64,000 bases of DNA from an uncultured Candidatus Saccharibacteria bacterium (GTDB taxonomy: Bacteria; Patescibacteriota; WWE3; UBA101185; 2-01-FULL-41-18), in NCBI GenBank assembly GCA_964636285.1, contig CAZWQF010000004.1, positions 3,666 to 67,665 on the forward strand, written 5' to 3'. How positions within the stretch are numbered: the first letter of the stretch is position 1; the number at the start of each line of letters is the position of its first letter. A program made the position numbers and the translations under genes. Shown here in pieces: positions 29,092 through 38,997 of the stretch. The notes under the pieces were generated by a model. It was not told the origin of the DNA, made no database searches, and saw nothing but the letters and a program-made list of their open reading frames with translations.

Positions 29092-31581
29092 TCACCGCCC
29101 TACCTTTCCCTTAGCTTTAGCCTCTTCTGGATCCCACTTAAACTTCATCGGATCTTTATTTGTCACAAAGTCACAATCCGGATACCTACTGCACCCATAA
29201 AATATTCTCTTAAATCTACCGCCTCTTTTAATCACAGCCTCTCCCTCACCGCATTTTGGACACTTCATCCCCACTTTTTCCAGATACGGCTTGGTAAATT
29301 TGCACTTTGGGTAATTTCCGCATGCAACAAATTTTCCGTATCTACCTTCGCGCAAATTCAGATCCCCATCCTTACAATCAGGACATTTTCCAAGCTGAGT
29401 TTCATCTATCACAAACGCGTTTGGATCCCCATTCGCACCCCCACTTACAACAGCCGAACCTCCCCCACCCACTCCAGCAAGTGGCCTTGCGTACTTACAC
29501 TCAGGAAACCCCGAACAGCTCAAAAACCTCCCATACTTCCCAAGCTTCACATTCAAAACTTTTCCACACTCCGGGCACTTCTCTTCCGTCACTTCAAGTA
29601 GCGTAAAATCAGCCTTATTAAGCTTTTCATCCTTCCTCTCAACTTCAGCAATAAATGGCTCGTAAAACTTTCTTAAAACTGGAACCCATTCCTCTTCCCC
29701 ATTCGCAATCCTATCAAGGCTTTCCTCCATATTTGCAGTAAATCCATAATCAACAATATTTGGAAAGTGTGCGTTCAAAAGCTTATTTACTACCACCGCA
29801 ACGTCATTTGGGTAAAAAGATTTTCCATCTTTTGCAATGTAACCTCTATCCTGAATTGTAGAAATTGTAGGCGCATAAGTTGAAGGCCTTCCAATCCCAT
29901 CCTCCTCCAAAGCCTTAATGAGTGAAGCCTCGGTATACCTTGCAGGTGGCTGAGTAAAATGTTGTTCCGGCTTTAAATCAAGCAAATTTACCTTTTGCCC
30001 CTCCTTCAAATCAGGAAGCTCGATTAACGCATCAGGATTGAATAAGTCAGCATCATTTGTTCCTTCTGCATCTACTCCTTGGTCAACAACCTCAACCCCA
30101 TCAGCTTCTGTAACCTCAATTTCTTTCTCTTCCTTTTCTTTTTTCTCGTAAACCTTCATCCACCCATCAAATTTTATTACCGAACCTGTAGCTTTGAACG
30201 TAAACCCACCATCAGGTGAGTCAATTAAACATGCGGTGTTGTCGTATATTTGAGGAAGCATCTGTGAAGATAACGCTCTCTGCCAAATAAGCCTGTAAAG
30301 CCTTTTTTCATCTGCACTCATTTCAATTGAATTAACGAAAGGGACAGCCGGGTTTGTTGGCCTCACTGCCTCATGAGCCTCCTGTGCATTTCTTGATTTG
30401 TTTTTGTAAAAATTTGGTTTTTCAGGCAAAAAATTTGCTCCATATGTCTTTGAGATAAAGCTTCTTGCACTATTTAAAAAATCCTCAGAAAGATTAAGCG
30501 AATCAGTTCTGTGGTATGTAATAAGACCGTCTTCAAATAGTTTCTGTGCCGCAGACATTGTTCTTTTGGCTGAAAATCCAAGCCTATTGCTTGCTGCCTG
30601 TTGCATTGTTGAGGTTGTAAATGGTGGGTATGGATTTCTTTTTTTCTCTGATTTTTCTACAGATCTAACTGTAAACTGCTGAAAGGGTTTTAAACCTGCA
30701 AGCACAGAATCCATCTGATCTTTACTTTTTATATCGGCCTTTTTTGAAGCAACTTCAAAAAGTGAAGCAAGAAAACCTGCTTTTTCAGCCTCTACTGCAT
30801 TCTGGTTCTCACTAAAAACACCATCAAGACTCCAGTATTCTTCTGGCTTAAAGTTTTTTCTTTCATCTTCCCTATCTACAACAAGTCTAACCGCAACGCT
30901 CTGAACTCTTCCTGCAGAAAGCCCGTACCTAACCTTTTTCCAAAGGAGCGGGGACAATTTATACCCCACCATTCGATCAAGAACTCTTCTAGCTTGCTGG
31001 GCATCCACAAGGTTCATATCAAGCTCTCTTGAGTGATTGAATGCGTCCTTTACTGCTGGTTCGGTGATTTCATGAAAAACTACTCTTTTAACTGTTTTAC
31101 CTTTAAGTGCGCTGAGATCAACGCTTTCTATTATTTCTTCTTCGGGTTCGTCTTTTTTACCTTTTCTTGTTTTTTTGGTTTTGGCTTTTTTGCTGTCGGA
31201 AGCACTTGTACTGGCTGACAATGCATCCGTACTTGAATCTAGATCGGAGGCATCCACTCCTTCGTTTTTTTTCTTCTTACCTTTTTTTGCTGTTATTACG
31301 CTCAAAACATGCCATGAAATTGCTTCTCCTTCTCTATCAGGGTCTGTTGCCAAATAAATTTCATCTGCTTCTTCGGCTTTTTTCTTTAATATATCAATTA
31401 CTTTTTTTGCTCTTGGGGACTGAACGTACTTTGGAAAAAAATCGTTATCAACATCAACACCAAGTTCTTTTTTTGGAAGGTCTCTAACATGACCCATTGA
31501 AGCAACAACTTCATACCCTCTTCCCAAAAATCTGGAAAGCGTCTTTGCCTTTGTTGGGGACTCTACTATTACAAGCTTCAT
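29092..31581 (-). CDS. topA: DNA topoisomerase I with C-terminal zinc-ribbon repeats
   Basis: Toprim N-terminus MKLVIVESPTKAKT, multiple CxxC...CxxC zinc ribbons, Ser/Thr/Lys-rich linker insert. Confidence 0.92.
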   Translation of the reverse strand: MKLVIVESPTKAKTLSRFLGRGYEVVASMGHVRDLPKKELGVDVDNDFFPKYVQSPRAKKVIDILKKKAEEADEIYLATDPDREGEAISWHVLSVITAKKGKKKKNEGVDASDLDSSTDALSASTSASDSKKAKTKKTRKGKKDEPEEEIIESVDLSALKGKTVKRVVFHEITEPAVKDAFNHSRELDMNLVDAQQARRVLDRMVGYKLSPLLWKKVRYGLSAGRVQSVAVRLVVDREDERKNFKPEEYWSLDGVFSENQNAVEAEKAGFLASLFEVASKKADIKSKDQMDSVLAGLKPFQQFTVRSVEKSEKKRNPYPPFTTSTMQQAASNRLGFSAKRTMSAAQKLFEDGLITYHRTDSLNLSEDFLNSARSFISKTYGANFLPEKPNFYKNKSRNAQEAHEAVRPTNPAVPFVNSIEMSADEKRLYRLIWQRALSSQMLPQIYDNTACLIDSPDGGFTFKATGSVIKFDGWMKVYEKKEKEEKEIEVTEADGVEVVDQGVDAEGTNDADLFNPDALIELPDLKEGQKVNLLDLKPEQHFTQPPARYTEASLIKALEEDGIGRPSTYAPTISTIQDRGYIAKDGKSFYPNDVAVVVNKLLNAHFPNIVDYGFTANMEESLDRIANGEEEWVPVLRKFYEPFIAEVERKDEKLNKADFTLLEVTEEKCPECGKVLNVKLGKYGRFLSCSGFPECKYARPLAGVGGGGSAVVSGGANGDPNAFVIDETQLGKCPDCKDGDLNLREGRYGKFVACGNYPKCKFTKPYLEKVGMKCPKCGEGEAVIKRGGRFKRIFYGCSRYPDCDFVTNKDPMKFKWDPEEAKAKGKVGR

Positions 31582-31612
31582 ATTCGTAAACCTCTTAAAA
31601 TTACCACACTTG

Positions 31613-32524
31613 TCAACGACTCACCATATTTCCGTTGATTTTGGCCAGTCCTTTGAGTTCTAGTTCTGTGACAACCACTAAAAACTGCGAGATTGCCATT
31701 TTTTCCTTAGTTGCAAGCTCGTTTATTGATGCTGGGTAGTCACTTAATGCTCCAAAAACCTTTATTTCAAGCTGAGTAAGAGTTTTTATCATTAGTGCTT
31801 TTTGTGCTTCTACTACGGACTTTGAGCCTTTCTCTATAAAAGCAAACTCAGGCAACTCAGGACGGGAATCTAACAGCTTATCACCAAGTTCGTCAAATAT
31901 GTCCTGTGCACATGTTACAGGAACCGCACCTTCTTTGATGTATTTGTTTGTGCCTTCACTTTGAGGACTAAATATGCTTCCTGGCACGCAAAAAACCGTT
32001 TTTCCAAACTCTAGCGCAGCTTCAACGGTGTGTGCTGTACCGGAACTGGCGCCTGCTTCTATAACCAGCACTGCCTGTGAAATTCCTGCCATAAGCCTGT
32101 CTCTTTTTATAAAGTTCCATTTTAATCCTTGTGTGTTTGGTTCAAACTGACTAACTATGACACCGTAATTCCCGTCTATTATTCGTTTTGCCAAAGTCTC
32201 ATTGGACTTTGGTGCAATCGAATGGAGACCCGAACCAAGAACCGCCACCGTTCTACCTCCAACCAAAAGGCATGCCTCATGAGCCATTGCGTCAATTCCA
32301 AACGCAAGCCCTGAAAGAATCACCACCCCGCACGAGGCAAGATCGGAAACAATAGTTTTCACAGCTGCTTCCCCATAGTTTGTTGGGTTTCTTGTTCCAA
32401 CTACAGCAATGGAAAGGTAGTCTCTGTTTATGAGTTCGCCTGTGGAGTACAAAAATTCCACCCCCGCCATTTTTACAGCGTCGGGGAGGGAATGTAGTTT
32501 TTTATATTTTATTTGCTGGAACAT
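31613..32524 (-). CDS. dprA: DNA processing protein DprA (Smf)
   Basis: Rossmann-like DprA core (GLAFGIDAMAHEACL, GSGT); topA-dprA adjacency is common. Confidence 0.85.
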   Translation of the reverse strand: MFQQIKYKKLHSLPDAVKMAGVEFLYSTGELINRDYLSIAVVGTRNPTNYGEAAVKTIVSDLASCGVVILSGLAFGIDAMAHEACLLVGGRTVAVLGSGLHSIAPKSNETLAKRIIDGNYGVIVSQFEPNTQGLKWNFIKRDRLMAGISQAVLVIEAGASSGTAHTVEAALEFGKTVFCVPGSIFSPQSEGTNKYIKEGAVPVTCAQDIFDELGDKLLDSRPELPEFAFIEKGSKSVVEAQKALMIKTLTQLEIKVFGALSDYPASINELATKEKMAISQFLVVVTELELKGLAKINGNMVSR

Positions 32525-32587
32525 AATACACTAATATGTATTGTTATAACAGATGTTGGTGATAGATGCAAGGTTTTGAGGGCATTT

Positions 32588-32640
32588 CTGGACGGGTAAT
32601 GAAAACCCAGCTACAGTGCGGGTTTTCATTACCCGTCCAC
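32588..32640. repeat. Palindromic dispersed repeat, type B complete copy (CTGGACGGGTAATGAAAACCC - 11 nt - GGGTTTTCATTACCCGTCCAC) preceded by GCATTTCTG
   Basis: Perfect 21-bp arms; equivalent to the TIRs of the 21127-21945 element with no cargo. Confidence 0.8.
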
Positions 32641-32641
32641 A

Positions 32642-34600
32642 TCATTTGGAGAACCACTGGTCCAACACTTTTTTGGCAATCGGGGCGGCGTCATCTGAAC
32701 CTCCCCCACCCTCCTCCAGCAAAACAGTCACCACAATGCTCGGCTTTTCAATTGGTCCAAAAACCGTGAACCACGCGTGCGTCTTTAAACTCCCACCTTC
32801 TACTGCATTTCCAAACTCCGCCGTCCCTGTCTTTCCTGCAAGCTCTACACCAGGATGTCTGGTTGCAAAATCAAACAATGGCCAAGCAGTCCCTCCCGGC
32901 GTCACTGCTTGGTGCATGCCCTGAATGATGGCTTCCATGTACCCAGAGTCCACTACCCTCTCAACTTTCACCTGAGGTACAAATTCTTTGACTCCCTCTA
33001 TAGACTTTACTATCTGAGGTTTATAAATTTTTCCCCTATTTGCAAAAAACGAAGTATAAGATGCAATTTGCATTGGCGTTGACAAAATATTCCCCTGCCC
33101 AATTGATGTAATATAGGTATCTCCCAAATACCACTGCTCGTTTAAATTGTTTGTTTTCCAGTCAGGATCAGGAAAAACACCAGCAGATTCGCCGTCAACA
33201 TCTACTCCTGTTCGATTACCAAATCCAATCTCCTTTGCCAGTCTTGATAAAGCCTCAATCCCCATACCTTTTTGCCCACCGTACCCACCAGACACTGTGT
33301 AAAAAAATGTGTCACACGATACCTGCAAAGCTCTTTTAACATCAATTGGACCTCTTCCACCTGCATACCAGTCCCTGAACACAAAAGCCCCTACATTTAT
33401 GGACGAAGGGCAGTTAACAAGCGAATTTGACCCAATTACTTTTTCTTCCAACGCTGCCAATGAAGTGAGCATTTTAAATGTTGAGCCAGGTGGATAAGTT
33501 GCGCTTATAGCTCTATTAAAAAACGGGTTATTTGGGTTATCCAAAATCTCTTTATACTGAGCCTGGGTAATCCCTGCAGCAAATAAATTAGGATCAAACG
33601 AAGGAAGACTTACCATTGCCAAAATGCCACCTGTGTTTGGATCCATTGCAACAACGGCACCGCCCTTAGCTTTTTTTCGTTTTGAAGATGTCAAATCCGA
33701 GTCTTCCTCCTCAGATTTCTCATTCTCTGATTTATTACCAGTACCTGATATTTTTGGCTCAAGCACCACCTCTTTTAACGCCTTGTACGCCGCCTCCTGA
33801 AGCTCCTTATCCATATACAAAGTTATGTTTTTCCCTGGTACAGGCTCTTTTCTGGCTACTTGAGTAAAGTTTGTCCCATAGGAATCCACCTGAATTATCC
33901 GGCTTCCAAGTTCGCCTTTTAAATAAAAATCGTAGTATTTTTCAACACCTAATTTTCCTTCTTTTTCAGAAGTTTTACCCTCGCCAATGTACCCAATGAT
34001 GTGTGCAAGGCTTTCTGATCCAATATATTCTCTAACAGGGTCCACTTGCGTTGAGACTCCAGGCAAATCCCCAAGCCTTGACTCAACTTTAATCACTTCA
34101 TCTCTTATAAGTCCAAGCGCCAGTGTAATCTGTGGAAGTCTCTGACCAAGCTGCTCCCTAACTTTTTCAATGTCAACCGAAACAATTCTTGAGACCTCGG
34201 AAGCAACCTTTGAGCATTCGCTACCACATTCCTTTGTGGATAACTCTACACTGAACCCGGGTCTGTTTCTTGTAACCACTTCTCCATCTTTGTCGTAAAT
34301 AACGCCCCTCTCTGCTCTCAAAAGTGAGCCTCTCAAACTGTTTTTCTCGGATAGTGCAAGATTTCTAGAACCTTCAATAATCTGAACAAAGAATGCGGAT
34401 ATTACCAGCGAAGATACAACAAAAATTAGCACAAGGTATAAAGGAAGTACTCGCCATGAAATTGTTGAAAAATCACCCCTGGATAGAGGCTCTCTACTCT
34501 TCTGTGAGCTTTTTTTGATTGGAGTGATTTTAGAAATTTCTTCGAATCCCAGATGTTTTAAAGATTTCATAAATAGTATAACTAAAAGGGAACAAGACAA
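32642..34600 (-). CDS. mrdA: Penicillin-binding protein 2 / peptidoglycan D,D-transpeptidase
   Basis: STFK (SxxK), SCD and KTGT motifs; N-terminal TM; downstream of mreBCD. Confidence 0.85.
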   Translation of the reverse strand: MSCSLLVILFMKSLKHLGFEEISKITPIKKSSQKSREPLSRGDFSTISWRVLPLYLVLIFVVSSLVISAFFVQIIEGSRNLALSEKNSLRGSLLRAERGVIYDKDGEVVTRNRPGFSVELSTKECGSECSKVASEVSRIVSVDIEKVREQLGQRLPQITLALGLIRDEVIKVESRLGDLPGVSTQVDPVREYIGSESLAHIIGYIGEGKTSEKEGKLGVEKYYDFYLKGELGSRIIQVDSYGTNFTQVARKEPVPGKNITLYMDKELQEAAYKALKEVVLEPKISGTGNKSENEKSEEEDSDLTSSKRKKAKGGAVVAMDPNTGGILAMVSLPSFDPNLFAAGITQAQYKEILDNPNNPFFNRAISATYPPGSTFKMLTSLAALEEKVIGSNSLVNCPSSINVGAFVFRDWYAGGRGPIDVKRALQVSCDTFFYTVSGGYGGQKGMGIEALSRLAKEIGFGNRTGVDVDGESAGVFPDPDWKTNNLNEQWYLGDTYITSIGQGNILSTPMQIASYTSFFANRGKIYKPQIVKSIEGVKEFVPQVKVERVVDSGYMEAIIQGMHQAVTPGGTAWPLFDFATRHPGVELAGKTGTAEFGNAVEGGSLKTHAWFTVFGPIEKPSIVVTVLLEEGGGGSDDAAPIAKKVLDQWFSK

Positions 34601-34982
34601 TCATAAACAAAAAGTTTTTGAAAACAATAGGAATTAAGTCTTCTAGAACAGGGCTGATTGAAAAATTTATTATCGAATGGAAAATAATGATTGATACAAC
34701 AACCTGCAAAGCATAAAAGAGTACATTTCTTGGAAAGAACCTTCTGATTACCATACAAACAAAAATTGACAAAGCACAACCCAAAGTTGCAGATCCAAAG
34801 TGTGCTGAGAGGAGCAAGTCAGACATAATGCCTCCAAAAAATGCTGTTTTAATAGAAAGTTCAAAATTTCCAAGAAACATCAATACCAGCGCAAACATTA
34901 AAATCACTGCAATTGCAGGAAAAACGCTTTGTAGCAACGAAAGAGCTGTGAGTGTAAGTGCCAAAATCAAGTATTTTTTCAT
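34530..34982 (-). CDS. mreD: Rod-shape determining protein MreD (polytopic membrane protein)
   Basis: Hydrophobic, about 150 aa, located between mreC and mrdA. Confidence 0.5.
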   Translation of the reverse strand: MKKYLILALTLTALSLLQSVFPAIAVILMFALVLMFLGNFELSIKTAFFGGIMSDLLLSAHFGSATLGCALSIFVCMVIRRFFPRNVLFYALQVVVSIIIFHSIINFSISPVLEDLIPIVFKNFLFMIVLFPFSYTIYEIFKTSGIRRNF

Positions 34983-35782
34983 TACTTTACTTTCCCTGAA
35001 TCAAGATCGATAAAAACTACTTCAAGCTTGTTTAAATCTACCAACGTCTCAAGTTTTGCTTTTTTGATAGGCTCCGTGGGAGCTGTTGTAACCTCCACAA
35101 CTTTTCCTGCAATTAATCCTGGCTTAAAAACGCCGTCTTGACCGCTCGTAACTATGATATCCCCCTGAACAACTTCCTCATCCAGTAGCACCTTATCCAT
35201 TATAATGGCGGTTCCAAAGCTTCCGGTTGTTATGCCTTTTGCCCTACCCTCTTTGCTTTGATCCAGAACAGCAACATTCAACTTTGGAGAGGTGACAAAA
35301 ACTACTGTTGCTCTGTGTGCAAACACATCAACAATTGATCCAACAAGAAAATTCTTAAATAAAACTGTTTGACCTGTTTTTAAGCCGTCTTCAGATCCTT
35401 TATCTATCAAAACTTCTGAATTCTGGTTACTAAAAGGAATCCCTATAACTCTAGCTAATAATAGATTTTGGGCGGAATTTTCGTTTTTGACTCCGGCTTG
35501 TTCTCTTAATGTTTTGTTCTCAAATTCAAGCTCTTTTAGCTTTGCAATTTTTGACTCTAAGTCATAAGTTTTTTCAAGGAGTTCAAGATTTTGGTTTCTG
35601 AGGCTTTTTAAATTCGTAAAAAAAGAAAGAGTATTTTCTGCGTTACCTTTAATTTGGAAAAGCCCGTATTGAAAAGGATTGGCAAGGTATTGAGTAAAAT
35701 CCTGAAGCACGCTAAAAACACCGGTATATCCGATTACAAAAATGATAATGGCTGCAAGAAGGTACTTAAACGAAAGCCTCAC
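34982..35782 (-). CDS. mreC: Rod-shape determining protein MreC
   Basis: N-terminal TM, coiled coil (LESKIAKLKELEFENKTLREQ), C-terminal beta domain. Confidence 0.8.
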   Translation of the reverse strand: MRLSFKYLLAAIIIFVIGYTGVFSVLQDFTQYLANPFQYGLFQIKGNAENTLSFFTNLKSLRNQNLELLEKTYDLESKIAKLKELEFENKTLREQAGVKNENSAQNLLLARVIGIPFSNQNSEVLIDKGSEDGLKTGQTVLFKNFLVGSIVDVFAHRATVVFVTSPKLNVAVLDQSKEGRAKGITTGSFGTAIIMDKVLLDEEVVQGDIIVTSGQDGVFKPGLIAGKVVEVTTAPTEPIKKAKLETLVDLNKLEVVFIDLDSGKVK

Positions 35783-35909
35783 TCCATACTTTTATATCAA
35801 TTAAGACCTGAAGTAAACCCTAAGGTAGTTTGGTAAGCTAGTTTGCTTTTTTTGTGGAGAGCTTTAAAATCGATAAACCAATCCAGTCTTACAAAGGAGA
35901 CATAGAGAA

Positions 35910-36344
35910 ATGAGCGGACAAATGGACGTGCAGGAACTTAAGAGGATTATTGAGAAGAAGTGTCTTGGTCCTGTTCAAGATGCTCTTTACCATCTTGATG
36001 GATCCAAGAACAACCCTGCAACGGTAGGTCTTGCACAAAGGTTGGCCCTGGCAATTAATGCAGATCCATCTGATGACGATCGAGAGTCTGATCAGGTAAA
36101 GGAAACGCGCAGGCTAATCTTGGTAACACTCAAAAACGTTGTCTCATGGCTTGAGAGTGCAGAACAGACCATCAAGCAGAATGGTGCCTGGAAGGAACTA
36201 TCCGAATGGGTTCGGGAACTTGCAAGGCAGCACCTTGCTGTGATTCGGTCTTTCCGGGAAGACTTCTATTTGAGGACCCAGGCTCGAACAGAGCTTGACA
36301 ACTTGGTTTCCAAGCTTGAGAAGTTAGCCACTTCCAAGAAGTAG
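35910..36344 (+). CDS. Hypothetical helical protein (144 aa), first gene of four-gene insert
   Basis: SD AAAGGAGACA upstream; GC-rich; no TM. Confidence 0.5.
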   Translation: MSGQMDVQELKRIIEKKCLGPVQDALYHLDGSKNNPATVGLAQRLALAINADPSDDDRESDQVKETRRLILVTLKNVVSWLESAEQTIKQNGAWKELSEWVRELARQHLAVIRSFREDFYLRTQARTELDNLVSKLEKLATSKK

Positions 36345-36362
36345 AAACCCACCCCATTCGCC

Positions 36363-36740
36363 TTGCCCCAATCAGATATGGAGGATGAAATGGCTTTACC
36401 CAAGGCTGAGGAGAAAAAGAAACTTGATGCTCTGAAACAGCTTGCAGAGGCATCGAGCAAAGTTCTCAATAAAGTGACCCAACGGCTCGCTCAAATCAGA
36501 GAGGACCGTGCAAACGGAATTCTTCAAGTCAAGGGTGTTGGGGGAGTTACCCATAACCTTCGAGACCTTCAGACCCAGTTAGCCAGCCATATTGCGTCAC
36601 TTGTGGCAACCGTGGCTGAAGACGACTCACTGGAAGTGGTGAGAACAAGAAATTCGAGGCTTGGACTTCTGAGGGCAGCAAACGGCCTGATTGACGAGAC
36701 CATCAAGGAGCTCAAGTCATCGCCAGTTAGGTCTACTTAA
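36363..36740 (+). CDS. Hypothetical helical protein (about 120 aa; alternative start at 36378)
   Basis: Follows gene 1 within 20 nt; terminator hairpin at 36777-36823. Confidence 0.45.
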   Translation: MPQSDMEDEMALPKAEEKKKLDALKQLAEASSKVLNKVTQRLAQIREDRANGILQVKGVGGVTHNLRDLQTQLASHIASLVATVAEDDSLEVVRTRNSRLGLLRAANGLIDETIKELKSSPVRST

Positions 36741-36776
36741 GCTTAGCTCCTTATATCCCCCTGCCCCACTACCGGC

Positions 36777-36823
36777 CTCCGGACTTGTACCCAATATGAG
36801 TCTGGAGGTCTTTTTCATTTTCA
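36777..36823 (+). terminator. Terminator hairpin CCTCCGGA-CTTGTACCCAATATGAG-TCTGGAGG then TCTTTTTCATTTTC
   Basis: Stem-loop plus T-run; the loop sequence recurs at 37841-37875. Confidence 0.5.
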
Positions 36824-36893
36824 AAAATAGTACTTTGCTTGCTAAATTTGTTAAAAATATTACAATCTTAAAAAAACAAAGGAGTGCAAACCA

Positions 36894-37334
36894 ATGTCAA
36901 AACAAACTTTTTTGCAACTCATAGAAGAAGCAAGAAATACTCTTCTAGGTTTGAATGTTTCAGCTTTTGGCCAAAAGTCCGTTGTAAGAAATCATGGTTT
37001 AGTAGTAACTGTTTTGAACGCACGGAAATACAGGAAAACAGACGCTGACCACACACTTGATGTTGAACGTCAGGTTATTACTTCGCTGAAGCAACTTCAT
37101 AAGCAAATTGAAGCAGTACTAGAAGCTTCTACAACTGCGCAAGAAGCCTCAAGCGCTTATCAAATTGTAGAGGCTACTATTAGGTTTGTGGTGAATCCTC
37201 TACAGGAAGGTGTAGATAAAAGATACAAGCTTTGGCCTGAATTTGAGAATCAAAAGCAGATGTATCAGGCACTCTTAGCTCAGGCAAAGAACAAAAGCGT
37301 GTCTCTTCCACTCACAGATTCTGACCTTGATTAA
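36894..37334 (+). CDS. Hypothetical helical protein (146 aa)
   Basis: SD AAAGGAGTG upstream. Confidence 0.5.
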   Translation: MSKQTFLQLIEEARNTLLGLNVSAFGQKSVVRNHGLVVTVLNARKYRKTDADHTLDVERQVITSLKQLHKQIEAVLEASTTAQEASSAYQIVEATIRFVVNPLQEGVDKRYKLWPEFENQKQMYQALLAQAKNKSVSLPLTDSDLD

Positions 37335-37343
37335 GGAGTTAAC

Positions 37344-37733
37344 ATGCCACTTCATCCAGAAGCACTCTTGTGCCGTAGACAAATGGAAGTTTGTCTAAAA
37401 AGGTTCTCAGTCAATTGGAATTACGTCATAGATTATTCAAGTAGGGATGGGAAAAGCAACGCAAACCGAGCAGAAACAGTCAACAGAATGCTGTCGGAGG
37501 CAACCCAGAACTTAAATCAAGCAATTCAGCATTTTAAACTGTTGTTAGGCTCTGCTGCAGTTTCCCACTCTGATATTAAATGGGTCTGGGAACACGGTTT
37601 AAAGCCTACCTTCCAAACCGTATTGGGGAGTAAGGCCAAAATTGTGGTGCAGGAGGAGAATAAAGCTAAGTTCGACGAGCTTGTAAGTCTTTGCAGCGCC
37701 CGCCTGAACTTCCGTATTCGACAATTGGAATAG
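37344..37733 (+). CDS. Hypothetical helical protein (129 aa)
   Basis: SD TAAGGAG upstream; 9-nt spacing from the previous gene. Confidence 0.5.
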   Translation: MPLHPEALLCRRQMEVCLKRFSVNWNYVIDYSSRDGKSNANRAETVNRMLSEATQNLNQAIQHFKLLLGSAAVSHSDIKWVWEHGLKPTFQTVLGSKAKIVVQEENKAKFDELVSLCSARLNFRIRQLE

Positions 37734-37840
37734 GATGTAGGGTCAAAGATGTGGTGATCAGAGAATTGAAAACATTCAAATAGCAAATGCAAAGTGCCTC
37801 CCCTCAAGGCATCAGCCCGTTCGGTAAACCAAATATATCA

Positions 37841-37875
37841 GCCTCAGGACTTGTACCCAATATGAGTTCGGAGGC
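37841..37875. repeat. Second copy of the CTTGTACCCAATATGAGT hairpin (GCCTCAGGA...TTCGGAGGC), between convergent genes
   Basis: Same 17-nt loop as 36785-36801 flanked by complementary arms. Confidence 0.5.
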
Positions 37876-37909
37876 TGGTACTACAACAGCCTTGGTCAAT
37901 AATATGAGT

Positions 37910-38980
37910 TTATGAAGAACCAGCCTTTACCCTCTTTAACAAATCCAAATCTTCTAAAACAATAGAGCAACCTCTTACCACGCAGGTCAGTGGATCCCTT
38001 GCTATTACAACCGGCATCCCAGTCTCTTTTGCCATGAGTACATCAAGACCTCTAATCAAGGATGTTCCCCCAGCAAGAGTAATTCCACTTTTCAAAATAT
38101 CAGCAACCAATTCTGGAGGTGTCTCCTCTATTGCATCCTTCACAGCATTAATAATTATGTAAACAGGGTTTCTTATTGCTTCCCTAATCTCCGCGGCATT
38201 AACTTCAATGGATTTTGGAAGCCCAGTTTTTAAATCCCTCCCCCTTAACATTGCAGTCACACCTTGGTCATTTTCAAAAGGATACGCGTTTCCAAGTAAA
38301 ATCTTAATTTCCTCAGCTGTCCTATCCCCAACCAGCATGTGGTACCTCACCCTAGCGTAGTTGATGATTTCCTGGTCAATCTCATCCCCTGCCACCCTCA
38401 CGGATTTGTTAGTTACAATTCCTCCAAGCGAAATCACTGCAATCTCACTTGTACCGCCTCCCATATCCACAATCATGCTTCCAATAGGCTCAGAAATAGG
38501 AAGCCCAGAGCCGATTGCCGCGGCCATAGGCTCTTCGATCAAATAAGCCATTCTTGCCCCCGCGCTCAAAGAAGCATCCATGACTGCTTTCCTCTCCACT
38601 TCAGTGATACCAGAAGGTACACCCAAAACAACCCTTGGCCTTGGAATTTTTGGAAATCCTGAAGGAGTCTCATGCACCTTTTTAATAAAATAGGAGAGCA
38701 TTTTTTCAACCGAATAAAAATCGGAAATTACGCCATCTCTAAGAGGTCTAATTGCAGAAATAAAAGAAGGGGTTTTGCCGAGCATTCGTTTTGCTTCTAT
38801 GCCAACTGCGTGAATCTCTTTTGTCTTTTTGTGGATAGCTACAACGGTTGGTTCCCTAATGAGTATGCCTTTACCCCGCACAGAAACGAGCGTGTTTGCA
38901 GTACCCAAATCAATACCCATGTCATGGGAAAACATTGAAAAAAATTTGTCGAGCATGTTCATTAGCGAGTCTATCATCAC
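37910..38980 (-). CDS. mreB: Rod-shape determining actin homolog MreB
   Basis: GIDLGTANT phosphate-1 motif, DMGGGTSEIAVISLGG phosphate-2. Confidence 0.9.
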   Translation of the reverse strand: MMIDSLMNMLDKFFSMFSHDMGIDLGTANTLVSVRGKGILIREPTVVAIHKKTKEIHAVGIEAKRMLGKTPSFISAIRPLRDGVISDFYSVEKMLSYFIKKVHETPSGFPKIPRPRVVLGVPSGITEVERKAVMDASLSAGARMAYLIEEPMAAAIGSGLPISEPIGSMIVDMGGGTSEIAVISLGGIVTNKSVRVAGDEIDQEIINYARVRYHMLVGDRTAEEIKILLGNAYPFENDQGVTAMLRGRDLKTGLPKSIEVNAAEIREAIRNPVYIIINAVKDAIEETPPELVADILKSGITLAGGTSLIRGLDVLMAKETGMPVVIARDPLTCVVRGCSIVLEDLDLLKRVKAGSS

Positions 38981-38997
38981 AGTGTTAAAATTACTAC

